A stretch of 64,000 nt of DNA from the NCBI GenBank assembly GCA_038533575.1, contig JBCAYL010000001.1, positions 274,226 through 338,225 of the forward strand, written 5' to 3'. Shown here one piece after another: positions 8,558-16,816 of the stretch (the stretch's first letter is position 1; every line of letters starts with the position of its first letter). Under the pieces are notes generated by a model. That model was not told where the DNA came from, did not search any database, and saw only the letters and a list, made by a program, of their open reading frames with translations. Position numbers and translations under genes: made by a program. The stretch is from Pseudomonadota bacterium (lineage in GTDB: Bacteria; Pseudomonadota; Alphaproteobacteria; Rhodobacterales; Rhodobacteraceae).

Positions 8558-9265
8558 ATGGAGCCCGTCGTCTTTCTGCCGGGCATGATGTGCGATGCCC
8601 GTCTTTTCGCGCCCCAGCTCAACGCGTTGAGCCGGGAGCGGGCGGTCATGGTCGCGCCGGTTTGCGTGGGTGACCGGATCGAGGAGATCGCCTCCAACGT
8701 GCTCACCTCGGCCCCGGCGAAGTTCGCGCTCTGCGGGCTCTCCATGGGGGGCATCGTCGCGATGGAGGTGATCCGCCGGGCGCCTGACCGGGTGACGCGG
8801 ATCGCGCTGATGGACACCAATCCGCTCTCCGAGACGCCCGAACGCGCGGCGGCGCGGGAGCCCCAGATCGTGCGCGTGAAGGCGGGGAGGCTGCGCGAGG
8901 TGATGCGTGACGAGATGAAGCCGCAATACCTCGCCCACGGGCCGCACCGCCGCGAGATCCTCGACCTGTGCATGGATATGGCGGAGACGTTGGGGCCGGA
9001 GGTGTTTCTCCACCAGTCGCGCGCGCTGCAACGGCGGCGGGACCAGCAGAGCACGCTGCGCAAGATCAAGTGCCCGGCTCTGGTCCTGTGCGGCGCGGAA
9101 GATGCGCTCTGCCCGCCCGAGCGGCACAAGTTCATGGCCGAACTCATCCCCTACAGCAGCTTCAAGCTGGTGGAGGGGGCCGGGCACCTGCCCCCGCTGG
9201 AGCAGCCGGAGGCGACGACCGAGCTCTTGCGCAGCTGGCTCAGGCAGCCTCTCGTCCTGCAATAG
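8558..9265 (+). CDS. alpha/beta hydrolase
   Basis: ATG 8558 lies 1 nt after the previous stop. Nucleophile elbow GLSMGG (GxSxG) and C-terminal GAGHLPPLEQP. 235 aa. Confidence 0.8.
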   Translation: MEPVVFLPGMMCDARLFAPQLNALSRERAVMVAPVCVGDRIEEIASNVLTSAPAKFALCGLSMGGIVAMEVIRRAPDRVTRIALMDTNPLSETPERAAAREPQIVRVKAGRLREVMRDEMKPQYLAHGPHRREILDLCMDMAETLGPEVFLHQSRALQRRRDQQSTLRKIKCPALVLCGAEDALCPPERHKFMAELIPYSSFKLVEGAGHLPPLEQPEATTELLRSWLRQPLVLQ

Positions 9266-9338
9266 CGCGCCGGGGCGGGCCTCGGGCAAACCCCGCTTCG
9301 TAGCGGCTTACTCAAGCCGCCTTCAAAGCACCTTTGCA

Positions 9339-10607
9339 TCAGGCGGCGTTCTTGTTGGCGGCGCGGGCGGGCTTCTTCCGCGCGTTCTGATCGATGAATT
9401 CCAGAACGAGAGGCCGGATGTTGTTGCGCCAGCTCTTGCCGGCGAAGATGCCGTAATGCCCTGCGCCAGGCTCGAGATGGGCCGCCTTCTTTGCCTCCGG
9501 CAGCCCTGTGAGAAGCTCCAGCGCCGCGAGGCACTGCCCGGGGGCCGAGATATCGTCCTTCTCGCCCTCCACGATCTTCACCGCCACGTCCGTGATCTTC
9601 GAGATATCGACCTTGCGGCCTGCCACGGTGAACGTGTTCTGCGCGATGTGGCGCTCCTTGAAGACGCGCTCGACGGTGGAGAGATAGAATTCCGCCGTCA
9701 TGTCCATCACCGCGAGATACTCGTCGTAGAACGCGTTGTGGCGGTCATGGTCGGAGGCCTCCCCCTGGGCCGTGCGCATGATCTGGTCGTAGAAGCTCTT
9801 GGAATGCGTGTCGGCGTTCATCGACATGAACGAGGCCAGCTGCAGCAGGCCGGGATAGACCATGCGGCCCACGCCCTTGTACTTGAAGCCCACGCGCTGG
9901 ATCATCGTCTCTTCGAGCTGGCCCATGGTCACGCGGCGTCCGAAATCAGTGACATCGGTGGCGGCTGCATCGGGATCGATCGGGCCGCCGATGAGCGTCA
10001 GCGAGGCCGGTTGCGCCTTCGGGTCGTCTTCGGCGAGGTAGGCTGTCGCCGCAAGCGCGAGCGGCGCGGGCTGGCAGACGGCGATGACATGGGTGTCGTG
10101 GCCCAGCGCCTTCATGAACTCCACCAGATAGAGGGTGTAATCCTCCACGTCGAACTTGCCCTCGCTCACGGGGATGTCGCGGGCATTGTGCCAGTCCGTG
10201 ATGTAGACCTCGCAATCCGGCAGGAGCGAGGTGACCGTCTTTCGGAGAAGTGTCGCGTAATGGCCCGACATGGGCGCGACCAGAAGCACCCGGCGCTTCT
10301 GCGGCTTCCGGCCCTGCACGGCGAAATGGATAAGATCGCCAAAGGGCTTTTCGACCACCGTCTCGATGGAGATCAGGTGATCCTTGCCGTCAGCCATAGA
10401 GATCGAGGCGAGGCCCCAATCGGGCTTGGCGACCATGCGCGCGAAGGTGCGCTCCGTCACCTCGCCCCAGGCTGCCATCCACTGCACCATCGGATTTGGC
10501 ACCATGGCCAGCGCGGGGTAGGAGCCCAGCGCCTTGGCCGTCGCGCCCAACCATTCGTTGGTGTTGCGGGCGGATTCCATGAGGTCGTAGCTCATCATGT
10601 AGCGCAT
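9339..10607 (-). CDS. phaZ: intracellular polyhydroxyalkanoate (PHB) depolymerase
   Basis: 422 aa. The N-terminal MRYMMSYDLMESARNTNEWL...PDWGL pattern is typical of alphaproteobacterial PhaZ. Divergent from phaC, as in the Paracoccus/Rhodobacter pha loci. Confidence 0.88.
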   Translation of the reverse strand: MRYMMSYDLMESARNTNEWLGATAKALGSYPALAMVPNPMVQWMAAWGEVTERTFARMVAKPDWGLASISMADGKDHLISIETVVEKPFGDLIHFAVQGRKPQKRRVLLVAPMSGHYATLLRKTVTSLLPDCEVYITDWHNARDIPVSEGKFDVEDYTLYLVEFMKALGHDTHVIAVCQPAPLALAATAYLAEDDPKAQPASLTLIGGPIDPDAAATDVTDFGRRVTMGQLEETMIQRVGFKYKGVGRMVYPGLLQLASFMSMNADTHSKSFYDQIMRTAQGEASDHDRHNAFYDEYLAVMDMTAEFYLSTVERVFKERHIAQNTFTVAGRKVDISKITDVAVKIVEGEKDDISAPGQCLAALELLTGLPEAKKAAHLEPGAGHYGIFAGKSWRNNIRPLVLEFIDQNARKKPARAANKNAA

Positions 10608-10795
10608 CGTCTGGCCCCCCTTAGGCCGTGTCCCATCTCCCAGGTGCCCCTTATTTTCGGGACTTGTCTTGGACCTGCCTGCTCGAACGGGTAGTACTAG
10701 AGGTCAGACCAACAGTCGCGTATCGGCGCCTCGTGATCCGGGCGCCCAGCGATTATGCTGCAAGTGCAAACTAGGCCGAAGTAGTTGAGAAAGCA

Positions 10796-12589
10796 ATGAA
10801 GAACGACACCGACTTCACGCCATCCGAGAAACTCACGGCAAATCTGGAGCGCGTCGATCAGCTCACGAAACGGCTGGTTGCGGCGCTTTCGGAGAAAAAG
10901 GAACCCACGCCGCAAGCGCTTCAGGGGCCCAACCAGGAGCTCTTCATGCGGGCGGCCACCGCCTACATGGCGGAGATGATGGCCAACCCGGCGAAGATCA
11001 TGGAGCACCAGGTGGGCTTCTGGACGAAGTCGGTGAAACACTACGTGGAAGCGCAGGCCGCGCTCTCGCAGGGCAAGATCCAGGCGCCGAAGGATGACAC
11101 GCCCTTCGACCGGCGCTTCCAGAACCCGCTCTGGGACACGCATCCTTATTTCAACTTCCTCAAGCAGCAATACATGCTCAACGCCGAAGCAGTGGGGCAG
11201 GCGATCCAGGACATCGAGCATCTCGAGCCGCGCGAGAAGCGGCGCGTGGAGTACTTCTCGCGCCAGATCATCGACATGTTCTCCCCGTCGAATTTCCTCG
11301 GCACCAACCCCGAGGCCCTTGAGCGGGCGGTTGAGACGGAGGGCGAGAGCCTTGTGAAAGGTCTCGAAAATCTCGTGGCTGACATTGAGGCCAACCACGG
11401 CGATCTCATGGTCACGCTCGCGGACAAGGACGCTTTCGTGGTGGGAGAGAACCTTGCGACGACGCCGGGCCGTGTCGTCTTCCAGAACCGGATGTTCGAG
11501 CTCATCCAATACAGCCCGACGACGGACGAGGTGGAAAAGACCCCGATCCTGATCTTCCCGCCATGGATCAACAAGTTCTACATCCTCGATCTCAAGGCGC
11601 AGAATTCGCTGATCAAGTGGCTGGTGGATGAAGGGCACACCGTCTTCATGGTGAGCTGGGTGAACCCCGGGCATGATTATGCCGAGGTGGGGATGCTCGA
11701 TTACGTCGAAGAGGGCTACGAGACAGCCATCGCCGAGGTGAAGAAAAAGGCGCGCGTCAAGAAGGTCAATGTCGTGGGCTACTGCATCGCCGGAACGACG
11801 CTGGCGCTCACGCTCGCCCGACGTGCCAAGCGCGAGATGACCGATGATATCAACTGCGCCACGTTCTTCACGACGCTCACGGACTTCTCCGACCAGGGCG
11901 AGGTGGGCGTGTTCCTGAACAACGATTTCATCAACGGGATCGAGGCCGAGTGCCAGCGGACGGGGCTGCTTGAATCCATCTACATGGCGCGGACCTTCTC
12001 CTATCTCCGTTCCAACGACCTGATCTATGGCCCGGCCATCAAGAGCTACATGATGGGGGAAGCGCCGCCCGCCTTCGACCTGCTCTATTGGAACGGGGAT
12101 TCCACGAACCTGCCGGGCAAGATGGCGGTGGAGTATCTCCGGGGGCTTTGCCAGGACGATCTCTTCGCCAATGGCGGCTTCAAGCTGGGCGATGATACGC
12201 TCTACCTCCAGGAGGTGAATGTGCCGCTCTGCGCCATCGCCTGCGAAACAGATCACATCGCCGCCTGGAAGAGTTCGTATTACGGCGTCCAGAAGATGAG
12301 CAGCACCGACAAGACCTTCATCCTCTCGCAGTCAGGGCATATCGCGGGCATCGTGAACCCGCCGTCGAAGAAGAAGTACGGGCACTACATCAACCCCGAC
12401 CTGAAGCGCGCGGCAGACCCCTGGAAGGACGGGGCCGATTTTGTCGAGGGGTCGTGGTGGCCGCGCTGGAGCGCTTGGCTCAAGGACCGGTCAGACGGGA
12501 CTGTGAAGGCGCGGATTCCGGGGGGCGCAAAGGAAAAAGAGCTGCCCGCAGCCCCCGGCACCTACGTGACGGCCGAACCAACCAGCTGA
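10796..12589 (+). CDS. phaC: class I poly(R)-hydroxyalkanoate synthase
   Basis: 597 aa. Lipase-box-like GYCIAG with catalytic Cys and the conserved PPWINKFYILDL segment. Followed by phasin and phaR. Confidence 0.95.
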   Translation: MKNDTDFTPSEKLTANLERVDQLTKRLVAALSEKKEPTPQALQGPNQELFMRAATAYMAEMMANPAKIMEHQVGFWTKSVKHYVEAQAALSQGKIQAPKDDTPFDRRFQNPLWDTHPYFNFLKQQYMLNAEAVGQAIQDIEHLEPREKRRVEYFSRQIIDMFSPSNFLGTNPEALERAVETEGESLVKGLENLVADIEANHGDLMVTLADKDAFVVGENLATTPGRVVFQNRMFELIQYSPTTDEVEKTPILIFPPWINKFYILDLKAQNSLIKWLVDEGHTVFMVSWVNPGHDYAEVGMLDYVEEGYETAIAEVKKKARVKKVNVVGYCIAGTTLALTLARRAKREMTDDINCATFFTTLTDFSDQGEVGVFLNNDFINGIEAECQRTGLLESIYMARTFSYLRSNDLIYGPAIKSYMMGEAPPAFDLLYWNGDSTNLPGKMAVEYLRGLCQDDLFANGGFKLGDDTLYLQEVNVPLCAIACETDHIAAWKSSYYGVQKMSSTDKTFILSQSGHIAGIVNPPSKKKYGHYINPDLKRAADPWKDGADFVEGSWWPRWSAWLKDRSDGTVKARIPGGAKEKELPAAPGTYVTAEPTS

Positions 12590-12617
12590 TTTGAATAGAT
12601 AATTTCCGAGAAGCAGA

Positions 12618-12640
12618 TTTTTGCTGCAGTGCAGCAAAAA
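12618..12640. promoter_or_regulatory. PhaR-type operator 1 (perfect 11-1-11 palindrome)
   Basis: TTTTTGCTGCA-G-TGCAGCAAAAA. The core CTGC-AGT-GCAG matches the CTGC-N3-GCAG PhaR motif. It abuts the -35 element of the phaP promoter. Confidence 0.6.
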
Positions 12641-12643
12641 TAC

Positions 12644-12672
12644 TTGAAATGCTGCGTTGCAGCGCGTATATT
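12644..12672 (+). promoter_or_regulatory. sigma70-type promoter of phaP
   Basis: TTGAAA (12644-12649), an exact 17-nt spacer, then TATATT (12667-12672). It sits ~55 nt upstream of the phaP ATG in an AT-enriched gap. Confidence 0.55.
12651..12663. promoter_or_regulatory. PhaR-type operator 2
   Basis: GCTGC-GTT-GCAGC is a perfect palindrome with a CTGC-N3-GCAG core. It lies entirely within the promoter spacer. Confidence 0.6.
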
Positions 12673-12690
12673 CTTTGCAGACGCAGAAAG
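12673..12690. promoter_or_regulatory. degenerate PhaR-type operator 3
   Basis: CTTTGC-AGAC-GCAGAAAG (TTGC-N4-GCAG) sits immediately downstream of the -10 element. It is imperfect compared with sites 1 and 2. Confidence 0.4.
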
Positions 12691-12727
12691 CCGGGATGGT
12701 CCCGGGAGCGACTGAAAGGACCGTACA

Positions 12728-13174
12728 ATGGCCAAGCAAGCACAAGATTTCTCCGCCATGTTCAAGGACATGATGGGCGCATTCCCCGTGGATACCAAAG
12801 CCATGGAAGATGCCTTCAAGACCTCCACCACGCTGTCTGAGAAGATGGCTGCCGTAACCCTCGACGCCGCTGAGAAGTCCACCGAGATTTCCGCCAAGTG
12901 GACGAAAGCCACCATCGGCAAGGTGTCCGACGTCACGAAGGCGAAGCCCGAGATGGCGGACTACGGTAAAGCGATGACGGATTTCGCATCTTTCTCCGCT
13001 GAGACCGCAGCTGAGCACATGGCAGCCTTCGCTGAGGTCGCCAAGAAGGTGCAGATGGATACCGTCGAGCTCATGCTCGCCGCAGGCAAGGACATGACGG
13101 ACGAAGCCACCGCCGCCGTCAAGAAAGCCACCGACGACGTCACCGCGGCAACGAAGAAAGCCACGGCGAAGTAA
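12728..13174 (+). CDS. phaP: phasin (PHA granule-associated protein)
   Basis: 148 aa, Ala/Lys/Glu/Thr-rich helical protein (…AFKTSTTLSEKMAAVTLDAAEKS…) located between phaC and phaR. Strong terminator downstream. Confidence 0.85.
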   Translation: MAKQAQDFSAMFKDMMGAFPVDTKAMEDAFKTSTTLSEKMAAVTLDAAEKSTEISAKWTKATIGKVSDVTKAKPEMADYGKAMTDFASFSAETAAEHMAAFAEVAKKVQMDTVELMLAAGKDMTDEATAAVKKATDDVTAATKKATAK

Positions 13175-13227
13175 TAATCAGGTTTCCTGAACACGCCGCA
13201 CATCCTCCCAATTGCGGTGTGATACCT

Positions 13228-13268
13228 GGGCGGGCCGAAGGTTACCTTCGCCCGCCCTCTTTTTGTTT
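13228..13268 (+). terminator. intrinsic terminator after phaP
   Basis: GGGCGGGCCGAAGG / CCTTCGCCCGCCC stem (one bulged C) with a TTA loop. It is followed by TCTTTTTGTTT. Confidence 0.75.
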
Positions 13269-13273
13269 GGACA

Positions 13274-13309
13274 TTCTGCACCGGCGCGGTAGCGTTCTGC
13301 ACCGCCGCG
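13274..13309 (+). promoter_or_regulatory. 15-nt direct repeat pair upstream of phaR (candidate autoregulatory sites)
   Basis: TTCTGCACCGGCGCG (13274-13288) and TTCTGCACCGCCGCG (13295-13309) are 14/15 identical. The 21-bp period equals two helical turns. TGC-containing. Confidence 0.4.
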
Positions 13310-13345
13310 AAGTTTGGCGGGCGTTTTCGGGAGGAGATGCGCTTC

Positions 13346-13888
13346 ATGACGAAAAAGGACGCGCCTCTGCTGATCAAGCGCTACGCGAGCCGAAGGCTCT
13401 ACAATACCGAGACATCCGATTACGTGACGCTCGAAGACATCGCCGCCTTTATCCGCGAGGGCCGGGATGTGAAAATCGTGGATCTGAAATCCGGGGACGA
13501 CCTGACCCGGCAGTACCTTCTTCAGATCATCGCTGACCATGAGTCAAAGGGTGAAAACGTCCTGCCGGTGACCGTGCTCCAGGACCTCGTGCGCACCTAC
13601 ACCACGCAGGCGACGAGCGTCGTGCCGCAGTTCCTCGCGGCGAGTTTCGAGATGCTGCGCGATGGCCAATCCAAGATGATGGACCAGATGGGCGCCATGA
13701 ACCCGATGGCGACGATGCCCGGCTTCGAGGCCATGAAGGCGCAGCAGGAGGCCTTCATGAAGGCCATGACCGGCGGCGTGTCCGGCTGGTCGGCGCCCGC
13801 GTCCGAAGGCGATGAGGAGTCCGGCGAAGACCTCGACGCGATCAAGAAGCAACTGGCGGAGCTCCAGGACAAGCTGGCCAAGCTCTGA
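13346..13888 (+). CDS. phaR: polyhydroxyalkanoate synthesis repressor PhaR
   Basis: LIKRYASRRLYNTETSDYVTLEDI is the PhaR DNA-binding signature. ATG 13346 sits 9 nt downstream of the GGAGGAG motif, whereas ATG 13337 directly abuts it. Confidence 0.9.
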   Translation: MTKKDAPLLIKRYASRRLYNTETSDYVTLEDIAAFIREGRDVKIVDLKSGDDLTRQYLLQIIADHESKGENVLPVTVLQDLVRTYTTQATSVVPQFLAASFEMLRDGQSKMMDQMGAMNPMATMPGFEAMKAQQEAFMKAMTGGVSGWSAPASEGDEESGEDLDAIKKQLAELQDKLAKL

Positions 13889-13987
13889 GACCCGTGCGCG
13901 TCGCGCCCCGGACGTGATCCGGAACCTCCCTGTATTATAGAATGATGTTGAGGACTGCACCTTGGGGTGCCGCGTCTTGAGGAGCCA

Positions 13988-14031
13988 GAGGCCCCGGGTC
14001 AGGCCCGGGGCGTGAGGGCCCCGGTCAGGCC
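13988..14031. repeat. GC-rich REP-like hairpin repeat (one full copy plus one half copy)
   Basis: GAGGCCCCGGGTCAGGCCCGGGGCGTG has arms GCCCCGGG/CCCGGGGC. It is followed by the half copy GAGGGCCCCGGTCAGGCC, whose TCA is the stop codon (minus strand) of the aminotransferase. Confidence 0.6.
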
Positions 14032-15395
14032 ACGTCGAGGAAGACTTGTGTTAGGGCCGCGTCGAGCTTTGTAAACATCTCGTCCATTTGGCTGTCGGTC
14101 ATGATGAATGGCGGGCAGAGGACGATGGCCTGCCCCAGAGGCCGGCAGATCAGCCCCTGATCCGTGCAGGCATTGGCGATACGCTCCGAGACGCTGAGAT
14201 GCCCCTCGAACGGCGTCTTCGTCGCCCGGTCGCGCACGGCCTCGAGCGCGCCCATGAGGCCCTTTCCGCGCACCTCGCCGATATTTTCATGCCGCGCCAT
14301 GATGTCGGCCATACCCGCCTCGAAGCGGGGCGTGAGTGCGCGGGCCTGATCCATGAGGCCTTCGCCCAGGATGAGATCGATCGCCTTCAAGGCAATGGCC
14401 GCGCCCACCGGGTGCCCGGACGCCGTGAACCCGTGGGGGAACTCCTCGATGGCCTCGGAGGCAGCTTGCAGGCGCGCCGTGAGCTCCGGCCCGAGAATGA
14501 CGGCCCCCATGGGGAAGAAACCCGCCGTGAGGCACTTCGAGGAGATGATGGCGTCGGGCATGAAGCCATAGGTCTCGCAGCCCCAGGTCTCGCCCGTGCG
14601 TCCGAAGCCGCAGATCACCTCGTCGGATATGAGCGGAATGCCGTGCGCCTTCAGGATCGGCTGGATCGCCTGGAAGTAGCCGGCGGACGGCGGGATGACC
14701 CCGCCCGCGCCCATCACCGGCTCCGCGAAGAAGCCTGCGATGGTCTCTGCCCCCTCGCGCGCGATGAGATCCTCAAGCTCCCGTGCGAGGCGGGCCGTGA
14801 ACGCGGCCTCGTCCTCGCCGTCCTGCGCTTCGCGCCAGTAATGCGGGCAGGTGAGGTGATGAAACTCGGGCAGCGGCAATCCGAAAACGCTGTTATAGGG
14901 CTTGCCCGTCATGGAGGCCGAGACCGCCGTCACGCCATGATAGGCATTCTTTCTCGTGATGATCTTGCGCCGCGCGGGCTGGCCCTCGGCCCCGGCGAGG
15001 AACCAGAGCATCTTGACCATCGTGTCGTTCGCCTCCGATCCGCTGTTGGTGTAAAAGACCTTGCCCGTCTCGAAGGGCGAGACCTCCACCAGCCGCTCTG
15101 AGAGCGCCACGGTCTCCTCGGCCATGCGCCCAAAAAAGGCGTGGTAGCCGGGGAACTTGGCGTAGGCGTCCTGCGCGGCTTTCGTGAGCCCCGGGTGATC
15201 GAAGCCCGCCACCATGTTCCATAGGCCGGAATTGGCGTCGAGATACTGGCGCCCGTGGACGTCGCGCACATAGGGGCCCGAGCCGCCCGTGAGGACGACG
15301 GCGCCACGGTCGGCGATGGTGGGGAGGTCTGTGAAGCCGTAGAGGCTCACGCGGTCAGCGCGGGCTTCCCAGCTGTTGGGGGCATGGTCTTTCAT
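14025..15395 (-). CDS. class III (omega) aminotransferase, SpuC/putrescine-pyruvate aminotransferase-like
   Basis: Start MKDHAPNSWE at 15395. LISDEVICGFGRTGETWG and the overall pattern are typical of PLP fold-type I class III transaminases. ~456 aa. Confidence 0.88.
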   Translation of the reverse strand: MKDHAPNSWEARADRVSLYGFTDLPTIADRGAVVLTGGSGPYVRDVHGRQYLDANSGLWNMVAGFDHPGLTKAAQDAYAKFPGYHAFFGRMAEETVALSERLVEVSPFETGKVFYTNSGSEANDTMVKMLWFLAGAEGQPARRKIITRKNAYHGVTAVSASMTGKPYNSVFGLPLPEFHHLTCPHYWREAQDGEDEAAFTARLARELEDLIAREGAETIAGFFAEPVMGAGGVIPPSAGYFQAIQPILKAHGIPLISDEVICGFGRTGETWGCETYGFMPDAIISSKCLTAGFFPMGAVILGPELTARLQAASEAIEEFPHGFTASGHPVGAAIALKAIDLILGEGLMDQARALTPRFEAGMADIMARHENIGEVRGKGLMGALEAVRDRATKTPFEGHLSVSERIANACTDQGLICRPLGQAIVLCPPFIMTDSQMDEMFTKLDAALTQVFLDVA

Positions 15396-15526
15396 GATCT
15401 TTTTCCTGGCGCTGGTGGCGAGAGCGGGTGCCTCCGGCGGAGGTACGGGGCACAAAGAAGCGGGGGCTCAGCGCGCAGGCGGGGCTTTGAACCAGGACCA
15501 GGCGGAGGTGTTGCGGAACGGATTGC

Positions 15527-16816
15527 TCATAGCCCAAGCCTATCACGCAAACTGTACCAGGTCATCGCCAGAGTGAGGAGCGGCGCCCGTGAGCGTGCCC
15601 CGCCGGGGAAGGGCGGGCAGGGGAGGCGCGCGAGCGTCTCGAAGCGGCCGCGGTCGCCCATGATGGCCTCCGCGAGGGTGCGGCCGGCGATGGCGGTGAG
15701 CGCGACGCCGTGCCCGGAAAAGCCGCCCGCGGCCCAGAGCCCGGGCGAGAGCTCCCGAACGAGTGGGACGCGGCGCAGCGTGATGCCCAGCGTGCCCCCC
15801 CAGACATAATCGATCCGCGCCTCGGCGAGCTGGGGGAAGAGGTGCAGCATCCGCTGGCGCAGGCGGGTGGTGATGTCCTTCGGGAACCCGATCCCGTAAT
15901 TCTCGCGCCCGCCGAAAAGCAGGCGGCCATCTTCGCTCAGACGGAAGTAGTTCACGACGAAGCGGTCATCGGCGACGGCGATGTCCTGCGACAGGACGGC
16001 GGACGGATTTGGCAGAGGTTCCGTGGCGGCGATGAAGCTGTTGATCGGGCAGATGCGGGCCGCGTAGCCGGGCTCCAGCAGGGGCATGTAGCCGTTGCCT
16101 GCGAGGACGAGCGTGTCGGCGGTCAGGCTGCCCTGCGGGGTATGGAAGGTGGTGCGGTCGATGCGCTCCACCGGGCTCATCTCATAGATGGTGACCCCTG
16201 CGGCTTCCGCCTCCCGCGCCAGTGCGAGGCAATAGCGCAGCGGGTGGACGTGGCCTGCGTCGCGGTCGATCGTGCCACCCTTGTAGACGGGCGAGCGGAC
16301 GACATCGCGGAAGGCGTCGCCCTGCAGCGACTCGGTCTCGAAGGCGTAGTGCTGCGAGAGGTGCTCCGCCTCCTCGAGAATGTCGCGCAGTTCGGAGGGT
16401 TTCCACGCGCCATGCGCCACGCCGGGGGTGAACCGCGCCTCGGGCGCGGAGGCGGCGCAAAAGTCGCGCACCATGGCCTTGGCTTCCATGGAGAGGTCCC
16501 ACAGCCCCCGGGCGGCGTCACGGCCAAGCTCCTTTTCCAGCGTCTGCTGGTCGATGTTGAAGCCCGAGCCCACCTGTCCGCCATTGCGCCCCGACGCGCC
16601 GAAGCCCGCGCGGTGTGCCTCGATGACCGCCACGTGCACGCCCTTCCGGGCGAGTTCCAGCGCGCAGGTGAGGCCGGTGAAGCCCGCGCCGAGGATGGCG
16701 ACGTCAGCTTTAGCGTGGCCCTGCAAGGCCAGTCGCGGCGCGGGGATATCGGCAGTGGCGGCGTACCAGGAGGCCGGGAACCGCCCCGGCGCGTCGTTGC
16801 GAAAGAGCGGGTTCAT
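15527..16816 (-). CDS. FAD-dependent oxidoreductase (DAO family; gamma-glutamyl-amine oxidase PuuB-like)
   Basis: Start MNPLFRNDAPG at 16816 (ATGA overlap with the upstream gene). Dinucleotide fold DVAILGAGFTGLTCALELARKG. ~429 aa. Confidence 0.85.
   Translation of the reverse strand: MNPLFRNDAPGRFPASWYAATADIPAPRLALQGHAKADVAILGAGFTGLTCALELARKGVHVAVIEAHRAGFGASGRNGGQVGSGFNIDQQTLEKELGRDAARGLWDLSMEAKAMVRDFCAASAPEARFTPGVAHGAWKPSELRDILEEAEHLSQHYAFETESLQGDAFRDVVRSPVYKGGTIDRDAGHVHPLRYCLALAREAEAAGVTIYEMSPVERIDRTTFHTPQGSLTADTLVLAGNGYMPLLEPGYAARICPINSFIAATEPLPNPSAVLSQDIAVADDRFVVNYFRLSEDGRLLFGGRENYGIGFPKDITTRLRQRMLHLFPQLAEARIDYVWGGTLGITLRRVPLVRELSPGLWAAGGFSGHGVALTAIAGRTLAEAIMGDRGRFETLARLPCPPFPGGARSRAPLLTLAMTWYSLRDRLGL

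Noticed and set aside
9102-12256. 530-aa and 519-aa ORFs antisense to phaZ and phaC
   Set aside because: They are Arg/Gly/His-rich translations with no recognisable motifs, lying opposite genes with unmistakable PhaZ/PhaC signatures. This is a typical high-GC antisense artefact.
12618-12640. The 23-bp perfect palindrome read as the phaC intrinsic terminator
   Set aside because: The stem is followed by AAUACUUG rather than a U-run on either strand. The core also matches the PhaR operator motif and abuts the phaP -35. Operator function is more likely, though a weak terminator role cannot be excluded.
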